Source of the DNA: Alphaproteobacteria bacterium
GTDB lineage: Bacteria; Pseudomonadota; Alphaproteobacteria; SP197
Direction of reading: 5' to 3'
Length of the DNA stretch: 64,000 nucleotides
Assembly (NCBI GenBank): GCA_964291415.2
Contig: OZ219920.1
Span: 320,001 to 384,000 of the forward strand
Position 1 is the stretch's first letter; each line of letters opens with the position of its first letter. Below are positions 1 through 9,358 of this stretch, piece by piece. The translations under genes and the position numbers were made by a program. The notes below the pieces were generated by a model that did not search any database, was not told the DNA's origin, and saw only the letters and a list, made by a program, of their open reading frames with translations.

Positions 1-154
1 CACCACGCACGCCATCCCTCACCGCATCGAGATCCTTCCCGGAACGCGCCACGGCTATTCCTTTCCCGAACGCGACGCGTACGTCGAGGAGGCGGCTGAA
101 GCGGGCTGGAAGGGCATGCTCGATCTCTTCTCACGGCGCCTGCATCCCCAATAA
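1..154 (+). CDS. Dienelactone hydrolase family protein, 3' end (cut by window edge)
   Basis: Frame 2 reads ...HRIEILPGTRHGYSFPERDAYVEEAAEAGWKGMLDLFSRRLHPQ*; HG[YF] catalytic His motif of the DLH family. Confidence 0.75.
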   Translation, partial: TTHAIPHRIEILPGTRHGYSFPERDAYVEEAAEAGWKGMLDLFSRRLHPQ

Positions 155-240
155 CCATGGCCGCATGATGCGCTGTGGTCTGCAGACAACCACATCCAGG
201 GCCGCGCCGGCGGTACATTCCTGAACCTGTAGGCACGATC

Positions 241-284
241 ATCCATAGTTTCTATTGATATGTGCCTGGCACTACCCATATCAT
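241..284 (+). promoter_or_regulatory. Putative hicAB promoter/operator
   Basis: TTGATA (255-260), 18 bp spacer, TATCAT (279-284); inverted repeats atccatag..ctattgat (241-259, one mismatch) and gtgcc-t-ggcac (262-272). Confidence 0.5.
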
Positions 285-288
285 CCAT

Positions 289-471
289 ATGAAGCGCAGG
301 GACGTCGTCAGGAAGCTGGCCAAGGCCGGGTTCGTGGCCAAGGAAGGCGCGAACCACACCAGGATGGTCCACGCTGACGGGCGCTGGACGGTGATCGGCC
401 GTCATGCCGAGATACCAACCGGAACAGTTCGTGCGATAGAGCGGCAGACCGGCGTCAAGCTGCGCGATTGA
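289..471 (+). CDS. hicA: HicA family mRNA interferase toxin
   Basis: 60 aa, basic; MKRRDVVRKLAKAGF..EGANH..GRHAEIPTGTVRAIERQ, typical HicA pattern with catalytic His. Confidence 0.9.
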   Translation: MKRRDVVRKLAKAGFVAKEGANHTRMVHADGRWTVIGRHAEIPTGTVRAIERQTGVKLRD

Positions 472-484
472 GAGAGGATTGACG

Positions 485-877
485 ATGCCCCGCAGACATT
501 ATCCCGCGATCGTTCGCACCGACGATGGCAAGACCTTCGGCGTCTCGTTTGTCGACTTTCCGGTCCATGCCGGTGGCAATTCGGTCGAGACCGCCATCGC
601 TGACGCCGAGGTCGTGATTGCCGAAGTTGTTGAGGACCAGTTGCGGTCCAAGGCGTCAATTCCGACTGCTACCGCTGTTGCTGCGATCCCGAAGGAGGAA
701 CTGGCCGACGCCGAACTTGTCACCTTGGTGCCGGTTCATCTTCCAGGGAGGTCCAAGGTCATTTCCATTACCATGGACGAGGAACTGGTTGCTCGGATCG
801 ACGCCGTGGCCTCGAACCGTTCCGGCTTCCTGACCGAGGCCGCGAGAGCGCAATTGGGACGCCGCTCGGCGGAGTAA
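485..877 (+). CDS. hicB: HicB family antitoxin with C-terminal ribbon-helix-helix
   Basis: YPAIV..FGVSFVDFP..GNSVETAIADAE N-domain; ISITMDEELVARID..NRSGFL RHH; RBS gagagga; directly after hicA. Confidence 0.9.
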   Translation: MPRRHYPAIVRTDDGKTFGVSFVDFPVHAGGNSVETAIADAEVVIAEVVEDQLRSKASIPTATAVAAIPKEELADAELVTLVPVHLPGRSKVISITMDEELVARIDAVASNRSGFLTEAARAQLGRRSAE

Positions 878-891
878 GCATCCATGTTTGG

Positions 892-1272
892 TTGCCAGTC
901 CGCTACTGCATGAGCGGCCAGTACGTGCTGGCTGCCGCCTGCCGGTTCCCGGAACGGGTCGTGGCGGTCGCCGCGTTTCACGGCGTGCGCATGGTGACCG
1001 AAGAGTCCGATTCACCGCAGCTCGGGGCGGCGGCGGTCCGCGCCGAGATGTTTCTGGGTTTCGCCTCGGACGATCCCCTGGTTCCCGACAATGTCATTCC
1101 CGCGTTGCGCGACGCCTTCACCACGCACGCCATTCCTCACCGCATCGAGACCTTGCCCGGAACGCGCCACGGCTATTCGTTCCCCGAACGCGACGTTTAC
1201 GTCGAGGAGGCGGCTGAAGCGGGCTGGGAAGGGATGCTCGATCTCTTCTCACGGCGCCTGCATCCCCGATAG
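892..1272 (+). pseudogene. 5'-truncated dienelactone hydrolase (second copy of the 3' half)
   Basis: Starts at the nucleophile motif (RYCMSG, cf. GYCMSG) with no N-terminal half; 1119-1272 matches 1-154 with ~13 mismatches. Confidence 0.75.
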
Positions 1273-1638
1273 CCTAGGCCTCGTGACGGGCCGCAGCGTG
1301 CAGGCGACCACACCCACCCGGGGCCGGTGGTATTGGTGTTCTGGATCAACGTCTCTGGACAGTTGTCATGCCACCAAACCATGCTGTATGCCATGCGCAG
1401 ACTGCGGATCAATCTGGACACAACTACGCCCTGACCAGCAGGCATTCCGGGAGCCGGCCCAGGCGATGCTCGTTGCATCCAGACGAGATTCTTCGTTGTC
1501 ACCGGTGGAGATCTTGCTCGAAGTCGCCGCCGCCGATGTGCATGGCAGAAGTTGGAACTTAAGGACGCTCGCCGTCAATCGAGACTGCTTCGCCAACCAG
1601 TATCTGGAGTATCGCCTCGGGAAGAGACGGGAGATGGC

Positions 1639-2880
1639 ATGGAATTCTGGCTGTTTGTCCTGCCTGCGCTGGCAGGGGCGGCGCTGGTTTGGTTCGTCTT
1701 CGCCGCACCGGCCCGAAGCCGGGCCGACAGGGCGGAGGCGCGTCTGGCAGAAATCGATAACGCAGCCGGGAGCCGCTTCGCCGAACTTGCCGCCGGGGTG
1801 CTCAGGAACAACAGCGAGTCTTTCCTGCAGCTGGCAAGTGAACGATTACGCTCGCACCAGGTTGAGGCGGACAAGGACTTGAAAGCACGCGAGGAGGCTG
1901 TTGCCGCGTTGATCAAACCGATCCGGGAGGAATTGAAGAAGGTCGAGGAGCGGGCGCAGGAGTTGGAAAAGTCACGGGTGGACGCCTACCGGGGAATCAG
2001 TGAACAGGTAAAGCACCTGGCCGAAGGGCAGGTTCGGCTGCGCACGGAGACAGGGCGCCTGGCGCAGGCATTGCGCCGGCCGGGAACGCGCGGCAGGTGG
2101 GGCGAGTACCAGCTCCGCAATGTGCTCGAAATGGCGGGCATGACGAAACACGTGGATTTCGTCGAGCAGAAGACAACACAGGGGACCGACGGCGCTCAGC
2201 GCCCCGACGTCATCCTGCGGCTGCCGGGCGGCAAGTCGATTGTCGTGGATGCGAAGGCGCCGCTGGACGCCTATCTCGCGGCCATCGAGGCGGAGGACGA
2301 GACGAAACGCGGCGAATTCATGACGGAGCATGTGCGCCATATGCGCAGCCACGTACGCACGCTGGCGTCGAGGGAGTACTGGCAGGCACTGGCAAACGAT
2401 ACGCCGGACTTCGTGGTGATGTTCATTCCGGGGGAGGCATTCGTTTCAGTCGCACTGGAAAACGATCCGGACCTTTTCGAGGATGCGGTTTCGAACCGGG
2501 TGCTGATCAGCACACCGACCACGTTGATCGCGCTCGTGAAGGCCGTGGCTTACGGCTGGCAGCAGGAGAAGCTGACGCAGAACGCCCGCACAATCGCGGC
2601 AGCAGGCCGGGAGCTCTATGGGCGCATCTCGGTGTTCGGAGAACATATGTCGGGCCTTGGCCAGTCGCTGAAGCAGGCGACAGAGCGCTACAACCGAAGC
2701 GTCGGCTCGCTCGAGGGGCGGGTGTTGCCATCAGCCCGCCGCTTCGAAGAGCTGGGCGCGGCGCCGGATGGAGCGGCACTTCCGAATCTTGATCCGGTCG
2801 AAACGGAACCTCGCTGCGTGCAGGCGCCGGAGCTGAAGGGGCCGGTCGCGGAGGCGGAGTCAGACAAGGACACGGTGTGA
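1639..2880 (+). CDS. rmuC: DNA recombination protein RmuC
   Basis: N-terminal TM, coiled coil, RGRWGEYQL, RPDVILRLPGGKSIVVDAKAPL, DFVVMFIPGE. Confidence 0.93.
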   Translation: MEFWLFVLPALAGAALVWFVFAAPARSRADRAEARLAEIDNAAGSRFAELAAGVLRNNSESFLQLASERLRSHQVEADKDLKAREEAVAALIKPIREELKKVEERAQELEKSRVDAYRGISEQVKHLAEGQVRLRTETGRLAQALRRPGTRGRWGEYQLRNVLEMAGMTKHVDFVEQKTTQGTDGAQRPDVILRLPGGKSIVVDAKAPLDAYLAAIEAEDETKRGEFMTEHVRHMRSHVRTLASREYWQALANDTPDFVVMFIPGEAFVSVALENDPDLFEDAVSNRVLISTPTTLIALVKAVAYGWQQEKLTQNARTIAAAGRELYGRISVFGEHMSGLGQSLKQATERYNRSVGSLEGRVLPSARRFEELGAAPDGAALPNLDPVETEPRCVQAPELKGPVAEAESDKDTV

Positions 2881-3151
2881 CCGGCATCCCGCCGTCCGTG
2901 GGTACCTCTCCTGAGGCATCTTTCGCGCTGTGCTGTTTCGTTCGGCACCACATCACGCCAGCCTTGGGTTTCAACATGGTCCTGACCGCACCCCGTCGAG
3001 GGCGGCGATGTCCGGATTGATCTTCGATGTGGCACCTTGCATCGTGGTGATCTGCATCCAGGGCCAGACAACACCTTCGCCTTGATCAACGGCCATCAAA
3101 CGAAACTGCGTCATCCACAGGCACGTTTCATTGAATCGGCAGGGGAAAGTC

Positions 3152-4345
3152 ATGAACCGCAAGCCAGACGTGATGCGGACGTTTCCTGCAGCACAGGGCG
3201 AACAGGTCACGCTCGCCAACTTGCTGTCTGGCCCCTACAACCGTTGGGCGTTCCGCAACATGCGCCGTTTGTTGCCCACGGCGAATGTCTGGCGCGGAAA
3301 TGGCCCGGCACCTGTCCCGCTCGTCGAACCTGTCCATCTGGGTGACGTCGAATTCTTGGACCGGGACGGCGCCCCGCACACCGTCGCGGAGAACATCGTC
3401 GATGGGTATACCGATGGCCTGGTGATACTGCACCGCGGCAAGATCGTGACGGAGTACTATGCCGAAGGCGTTGAGCCGCACGAACCCCATCTTCTCATGT
3501 CCGTGACGAAGTCATTCGCGGGATCACTCGCGGGCATTCTGGTGGAACAGGGCCGGTTGAAGCCGGACGATCGTGTCACGGACATCGTCCCTGAGGTGAA
3601 GGGCTCCGCCTATGACGGAGCGCTCGTGCACCATGTCCTGAACATGACTGTCGGCATCGATTTCGACGATGATTATGACAACCCTGACAGCGACAACGTG
3701 CTTCTTGATGTCGCTTCAGGATGGCGCCCGCCGCGTGACGGTGCACCGGACAATCTTCGTGACTACATCACGACGATGCGACCTGCAGGGGAACACGGTT
3801 CGACCTTTCACTACGTGTCGACCAACACGGACCTTCTTGGATGGATACTCGAGCGGGTCTCAGGCACCGATTTCGCAACGCTTCTCAGCCGGGAAGTCTG
3901 GCAACCCATGGGCGCCGCGCATGACGCTTACGTGACTCTCGACAGGCTCGGCGCTCCCCAGACCGATGGCGGCCTGTGTGTCACCACGAGGGATCTTGCG
4001 CGCTTCGGCCAACTCCACCTGCAGAACGGCATCATGAATGGCCGCCGCATAGTTCCAGAGTGGTGGATTCGGGATTTTCGCGACAACGGCGATGCGGATG
4101 CGTGGGACCGGGGCAGTTTCGCGGACCTCTTTCCGGGTTGCCACTACCGTTACCAATGGTTCACGGACCTGAAGTGTGAACGCCGGCCGTTCTTCGGCAT
4201 CGGCATTCATGGACAGATGCTGTTCGTCGATTCAGTTGCAGGCGTCGTGGGCGCCAGACACTCGAGCCACCCGATGCCGGTGGACGACAAGTATCTCGAC
4301 GACATGGAACGCGCCTTCGGGGCCGTTGCGGATATCCTTCAATAG
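3152..4345 (+). CDS. Serine hydrolase, beta-lactamase/6-aminohexanoate-dimer hydrolase (NylB-like) family
   Basis: HLLMSVTKS (SxxK), FHYVSTNTDLLGW, GIGIHGQ. Confidence 0.88.
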   Translation: MNRKPDVMRTFPAAQGEQVTLANLLSGPYNRWAFRNMRRLLPTANVWRGNGPAPVPLVEPVHLGDVEFLDRDGAPHTVAENIVDGYTDGLVILHRGKIVTEYYAEGVEPHEPHLLMSVTKSFAGSLAGILVEQGRLKPDDRVTDIVPEVKGSAYDGALVHHVLNMTVGIDFDDDYDNPDSDNVLLDVASGWRPPRDGAPDNLRDYITTMRPAGEHGSTFHYVSTNTDLLGWILERVSGTDFATLLSREVWQPMGAAHDAYVTLDRLGAPQTDGGLCVTTRDLARFGQLHLQNGIMNGRRIVPEWWIRDFRDNGDADAWDRGSFADLFPGCHYRYQWFTDLKCERRPFFGIGIHGQMLFVDSVAGVVGARHSSHPMPVDDKYLDDMERAFGAVADILQ

Positions 4346-4391
4346 AAGAGAGCCCGCGGCACCGTTTCCTGATGACACCGCGGTCGATCCT

Positions 4392-4551
4392 CAGAGCAGG
4401 CATGTACATGTCCGCCCGTCTCGCTGTTCCACCACGCCTCGAACGTCCAGGCGCTTGCTGGCAGTCGTGCTTCGATGATCGACTCGATCTCGCGAAACCG
4501 CAGCTTGCACGACTCCCCCTCGATGCCTCGAAGATAGTCTTCAAGCGTTGC
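4392..4551 (-). pseudogene. Remnant of a small conserved domain (DUF7662-like)
   Basis: LEDYLRG..LRFREIESIIEARLPASAW..AWWNS..GHVHA resembles the 'FxEIExIxGxxLPxSA..WWxN' domain by recall; no good start, C-terminus degenerate. Confidence 0.4.
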
Positions 4552-4607
4552 CAACTGCTCAAAGGCAAGAACGCCAGAGGGGCAACTGCCGGGCACAAAG
4601 GTCCGCA

Positions 4608-5099
4608 TCATGACGCCGATGTGAACAAACGCAGATCCCACCAAACCGGCGTTTCCAGCGACACCTCCATGTTCCCGAATTCAGGGTGTCGGCTGTTGAT
4701 GATGACATTGCGTTCCATGCGCGCGACAAGTGACGGAACGAAGAGGATCGCACTGCGCGTTTCCTCGTACCACGCGTTGGCGAAGCTGCGCGAGACCTTG
4801 CAGTCCTGACTGTCCCAACCCGGCAAGGCGTCGGACGTTGCAACCTCGTAGGATGTCCCCCGAGGAATCGTGATCTCCACGAAATGCTGATTGTCCGGGA
4901 CGATGCCGTTCCAATGTGCCAGCTTCTCGAGCATCGCTGTCGAATAGGCTTCGCTGGCGTAAATCACGGCAGCGCCCACCTCATGCCACCGGCCCGCGAC
5001 TCGTCGAGCGCCTTCGGGACTCCAGACGGGAAACCTGCCGTGCGGATCACCAATTCGGTAGGCAGATTTGGTCTTCGGAAGTTGACGAACAGCGGTCAG
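4608..5099 (-). CDS. RES domain toxin (NAD+ phosphorylase/ParT-like)
   Basis: YRIGD..GRWH..IYAS..TAMLE..VPS..ERNVIINSRHPEF; coupled to the antitoxin stop via CTGA overlap. Confidence 0.88.
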   Translation of the reverse strand: MTAVRQLPKTKSAYRIGDPHGRFPVWSPEGARRVAGRWHEVGAAVIYASEAYSTAMLEKLAHWNGIVPDNQHFVEITIPRGTSYEVATSDALPGWDSQDCKVSRSFANAWYEETRSAILFVPSLVARMERNVIINSRHPEFGNMEVSLETPVWWDLRLFTSAS

Positions 5100-5590
5100 G
5101 GTGAGACGCCCGCCTCTGCACGGCGAATGAGATTGAGGACCGCATCCGCGCCAGCCGAACTGGAACACGCCATCTCGAGAGGGGTCTCTCCTGCCAACAG
5201 GGGATGAGGGCGTGTCAGAAATGCCTCGAACCGGTCCCGATCACCCCGGTAGGCTAGGATGACGGCAATCAAAACGCGGCCGATCTCGTAGAGCCGTTCA
5301 CTATGTTGTTTCGACAGCTTGCCGGCTTTCTTCGCGCGTCGGAACGTCGCTTCCGGCACTATCGGGCCTACGATGCGGTTTGTGTTTCCTCCGAACACTT
5401 TGGCCATAGCCGTCACGGCGGATGGGCGGAGGCCACTGGCAACACGCTGTGCCAGACGTACGTCACTGCAGGTACTGGGGTTGGCAACATCAAGAAGCTT
5501 CGCCAACCGCGTCGATTCACTCTCGGTGTGCGAGAGGAAGACGAAGGGTATGTTCTCCGGACTTGTTGTCCGGAGGGCGCCGTTTGGCAT
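5096..5590 (-). CDS. Xre/MbcA/ParS antitoxin of RES toxin
   Basis: IVPEATFRR..LSKQHSERLY..FLTRPHPLLAGETPLEMA..GADAVLNLIRRAEAG; RBS ggag. Confidence 0.88.
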   Translation of the reverse strand: MPNGALRTTSPENIPFVFLSHTESESTRLAKLLDVANPSTCSDVRLAQRVASGLRPSAVTAMAKVFGGNTNRIVGPIVPEATFRRAKKAGKLSKQHSERLYEIGRVLIAVILAYRGDRDRFEAFLTRPHPLLAGETPLEMACSSSAGADAVLNLIRRAEAGVSP

Positions 5591-5919
5591 GGTGCGCTCC
5601 CTGAATGAATCGTCGCATGACGAAACATAGGGGATCAGATGGCGCCCGGCAAGAATAGGATGGAACGAAGTGGCAAAGCCATCGCGTCGCACAGTATCGG
5701 GTGGATCAACCCACCGGAGTCATTCTACCGTACGAGCGGTCACCTGGGTCTCGTCATGCATTCGTCGGCACCACCAGCATGTCGCGGCTGATGGTTGCGA
5801 CAGCCGGACCGTTGACCGTTCCAGCCCGAATGGAAATCCGGCGAAGGTGGCGGACGCGGATGCCGGAAGGGCCGTCGCCTGGCGACATCCCGGTCGCCGG
5901 CTGACGGCCCCCCGAACAA

Positions 5920-5995
5920 TGGCTCCGCGAGCAGGACTCGAACCTGCGACCCAGTGGTTAACAGCCACTTGCTCTACCAACTGAGCTATCGCGGA
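5920..5995 (-). tRNA. tRNA-Asn (GTT)
   Basis: TCCGCGATAGCTCAGTTGGTAGAGC..AGTGG CTGTTAA CCACT..GGTTCGAGTCC..CGCGGAGCCA; 76 nt cloverleaf with encoded CCA. Confidence 0.97.
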
Positions 5996-6116
5996 TCAGG
6001 TTTGACCTGATGTTTATGCCAAGTGCCGGCGAGGGTCAATGTTGACCGCAACCGGATTGCGGCCCCTCGGCAACCCCCGTAGGGTCGGGGACCATCCGTC
6101 TGGGGAGTGTGTCACG

Positions 6117-7754
6117 ATGAATGGCGCCGATCTCATTGCCCGCATCCTGGCCAGGGAAGGTATCGAAATTCTTCCCGCCTTTCCGCACAGCGATCTCATC
6201 GATTCCGCGGCCAAGGTGGGCATCCGGCCCGTGATCGTGCGCCAGGAACGCCAGGCCCTCCACATTGCCGACGGCTATGCCCGCGTCACGGGAGGCCGCA
6301 GGATCGCCTGCACCACCGTGCAGTACGGGCCCGGATCGGAGAACGCCTTCGGAGCCGTCGCCCAGTGCCATGCCGACAACGTGCCCGTGCTCCACATTCC
6401 CTTCGGCTACGACCGCATGAGACAGCCGCTCGATTCCCACTTTCAGGCCAGCCAGAGCATGCAGCATGTCGCCAAGTGGTGCGCCATGGTGCCGGATGTG
6501 GAGCGCATTCCGCAGATGATGCAGAACGCCTTCGCCATGCTGCGCAATGGCCGTCCCGGGCCGGTGGTCCTCGAGGTGCCCAAGGACGTGGCCAACACCG
6601 TTGCCGATCCCGGCCTCGAGGAGAGCTACCGCCCCCAGAAGGCGTCGCGGCCCGTGGCTGCCGATGCCGAGATCCGCGAAGTCCTTGCCTGTCTGAAGAA
6701 GGCCTCGTCGCCTGTCATCGTGGCGGGGCAGGGCATTCTCTACGCCGGAGCATCGCAGGCGCTGACAGAGTTCGCCGAAAGCACCGGCACTCCGGTTCTC
6801 ACGACCCTGAACGGCAAGAGCGCCTTTCCGGAGAACCACCCGCTCTCCCTGGGATGTGCGGGCCGCACGCGGCGCGGCGAAGCGGCTCATTTCCTCGCAA
6901 GCTCCGACCTCATCCTCGGTCTCGGCACAAGCTTCACGAAGTCGGAGTACATCACGCCATTTCCGACGGGCCGCCGCTGCTTCATCCAGCTGACGAACTG
7001 GGAAGGTGACGTGTCCAAGGACTATCCGGTCGACATCGGCATCATCGGCGATGCCCGCGCGACCCTGGAGAGGATGGTGGAGATAGTCGGCAAGGATCCC
7101 GGCGTCCGGCGCGACGCGGTGGCCGACGAGGTGGCAAGCCGCCGCAGGGCCTTCATGGATCTCTGGGAGCCACGGCTGCATTCCGACGAGGTGCCCGTCA
7201 ATCCCTACCGCATCGTTCATGACCTCATGAGAACGGTCGACCGCGAAACGACCATCGTCACCCATGATGCCGGATCGCCGCGCGACCAGATGACGGCCTT
7301 CTACGAGACGCTCGTGCCTCACGGGTACATCGGCTGGGGCAAGACAACGCAGCTCGGTCTCGGCCTCGGCCTTGTCCAGGGCGCCCGGCTGGCGCGGCCT
7401 CATCACCACTGCATCAACGTCATGGGCGATGCGGCGATCGGCATGGTGGGAATGGACCTCGAGACCTCGGTGCGCAACCGCCTCGCCACGGTCACCATCG
7501 TTCTGAAGAACGCGGTCATGGGTGGCTATGTCAACCATCATCCGGTGGCGGCGCGCGATTACGGCATTCATGAACTCGGTGGGGACTATGCCGGTGTGGC
7601 GGCGGCTCTTGGCGCACACGCCGAACGGGTGAGCGCTCCGGCGGATTTCGTGCCGGCTCTCGAACGGGCGCTGGCACTGACCGATCGCCCGGCGCTGATC
7701 GAGGTCGTCAGCTCCGAAGAGAAGCACTTTGCGGACGATCCCGTGGAAGGTTGA
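6117..7754 (+). CDS. Thiamine pyrophosphate-dependent enzyme (acetolactate synthase large-subunit-like)
   Basis: RQER..HIADGY, QYGPG, GRPGPVVLEVPKD, GDAAIGM..VLKN TPP-binding motif. Confidence 0.9.
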   Translation: MNGADLIARILAREGIEILPAFPHSDLIDSAAKVGIRPVIVRQERQALHIADGYARVTGGRRIACTTVQYGPGSENAFGAVAQCHADNVPVLHIPFGYDRMRQPLDSHFQASQSMQHVAKWCAMVPDVERIPQMMQNAFAMLRNGRPGPVVLEVPKDVANTVADPGLEESYRPQKASRPVAADAEIREVLACLKKASSPVIVAGQGILYAGASQALTEFAESTGTPVLTTLNGKSAFPENHPLSLGCAGRTRRGEAAHFLASSDLILGLGTSFTKSEYITPFPTGRRCFIQLTNWEGDVSKDYPVDIGIIGDARATLERMVEIVGKDPGVRRDAVADEVASRRRAFMDLWEPRLHSDEVPVNPYRIVHDLMRTVDRETTIVTHDAGSPRDQMTAFYETLVPHGYIGWGKTTQLGLGLGLVQGARLARPHHHCINVMGDAAIGMVGMDLETSVRNRLATVTIVLKNAVMGGYVNHHPVAARDYGIHELGGDYAGVAAALGAHAERVSAPADFVPALERALALTDRPALIEVVSSEEKHFADDPVEG

Positions 7755-9358
7755 TGACGGCATTTGATTACATCATTGCCGGCGGTGGCACCGCGGGCTC
7801 GGTGCTCGCGGCGCGTCTGACCGAAGATCCGGCGGTCCGCGTTCTCGTGCTCGAAGCCGGCACCGGCAAGAGGTCCCTGATGCACCGCATCCCGGCAGGC
7901 GTCCTGGCTCTCTATCAGTCGGGCCGCTACCACTGGGACTACAGGTCGGAACCCGAAGGACTGGCCGGAGGCAGAACCTATCCCTACAAGATGGGCAAGG
8001 GTCTTGGAGGATCCTCCTCGATCAATGCCCTGCTGTGGGTGAGGGGCGCGCCCGGTGTCTTTGACAGCTGGGCAGAGGACGGCGCCGTCGGTTGGTCCTG
8101 GCGGGATGTCGAGCCGTTGTTCCGGCGCATCGAGACCTTCGACGATGCCGACGATCCCCACATGGGGCAATCGGGTCCCATCGCCGTCGCGCGCGGCAAT
8201 CCCCGATCCTCGATGTTCAACGAGGCCTTTCTCGAGGCGGGAGTCGAGGCCGGTCTGGCCTTCAACGGCAACTACAACGGCCCGGATCAGGAAGGGATCG
8301 CCGTCCTGCACCGCAACACGCGCGGTGGCGAGAGGAGCGACGTTTGGACCGAGTATCTCAAGCCCTGCCTCAGCCGGCCCAATCTTGTCATCCGCTGCGA
8401 TACCCCTGTCGATCGTCTCGTCATCGATGGGGGCCGGGTTACCGGCGTTGCTGTCAGAAGGGGCGGACGCCAGGAGGTCATTCAAGCGGCGAGGGAAGTC
8501 CTGCTCTGTGCCGGCGCGATCGCTTCGCCGCAGCTGCTCATGCTGTCGGGGATCGGTGATCCCGATGCACTCGCGCCGCACGGAATCGAGGTACGCCACG
8601 AGCTTCCGGGCGTTGGCGCCAACCTCCACACCCACCCGACCATCCGCTGCGGCTACACCGCCACGAAAGCGGAGAGACTGGCCTCGTGGACAAGGCCACC
8701 CAAGAAGTGGCTGGCAGGTGCGCGATGGCTTGCCGACCGCAAGGGTGTCGCCTCCACCAACCACATGGACGTCGGCTGCTTCCTGCGATCCGGCGCCGAT
8801 GCCCCCTGGCCCGATATCCAGATGACCTTCACGCCCATGCTGGTGGGCATGACCTATGATGATGCGCTGACGGACGGTTTCGGGGTCTACACGGAACTCG
8901 TCGGCATCAAGAGTCGTGGAACCGTAAGGTTGCGTTCGGCCGACCCGCAGGCCCTGCCGCGGTTCGGTTTCAACTTTCTTGCCGAAGAGCGCGACCGCGA
9001 AACGTTCCGTGCCGGCGTCGGCGTGATCCGCGACATCGTCTCGCAGCCGGCATTCGACGGGCTGCGGGGGCGCGAGATCGGGCCTGGCGCGAGCGTGACG
9101 TCACCGAGCGACCTCGACCGGTGGGTGAGCGGGAACATCGGCATAACCCACCACCTCGCCGGCACCTGCCGCATGGGTGCTCCCGGTGATCCGCGCTCAG
9201 TCGTCGGCCCCGATCTGAGGTTCCTGGGTCTCGACGGTCTTCGCATTGCCGACAACTCGATCATGCCCTGTGTCACCAGCGGCAACACCCACGCCCCGGC
9301 CATCATGATTGGCGAAAAGGCGAGCGACCTCATCACCGGCGAGCGCAACGTTCCATGA
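7754..9358 (+). CDS. GMC family oxidoreductase (choline dehydrogenase-like)
   Basis: DYIIAGGGTAG, GKGLGGSSSIN, SPQLLMLSGIG, HHLAGTCRMG, GNTHAPAIMIGEK. Confidence 0.93.
   Translation: MTAFDYIIAGGGTAGSVLAARLTEDPAVRVLVLEAGTGKRSLMHRIPAGVLALYQSGRYHWDYRSEPEGLAGGRTYPYKMGKGLGGSSSINALLWVRGAPGVFDSWAEDGAVGWSWRDVEPLFRRIETFDDADDPHMGQSGPIAVARGNPRSSMFNEAFLEAGVEAGLAFNGNYNGPDQEGIAVLHRNTRGGERSDVWTEYLKPCLSRPNLVIRCDTPVDRLVIDGGRVTGVAVRRGGRQEVIQAAREVLLCAGAIASPQLLMLSGIGDPDALAPHGIEVRHELPGVGANLHTHPTIRCGYTATKAERLASWTRPPKKWLAGARWLADRKGVASTNHMDVGCFLRSGADAPWPDIQMTFTPMLVGMTYDDALTDGFGVYTELVGIKSRGTVRLRSADPQALPRFGFNFLAEERDRETFRAGVGVIRDIVSQPAFDGLRGREIGPGASVTSPSDLDRWVSGNIGITHHLAGTCRMGAPGDPRSVVGPDLRFLGLDGLRIADNSIMPCVTSGNTHAPAIMIGEKASDLITGERNVP

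Noticed and set aside
1273-1638. Coding-like fragments (GIGVLDQRLWTVV, BrnT-like) before rmuC
   Set aside because: Too short and without a start or a partner gene to support a call.
6036-7763. Long antisense ORFs (also 8887-10407, 46456-48345, 57911-59779 and others)
   Set aside because: High-GC shadows of well-recognised genes on the opposite strand.
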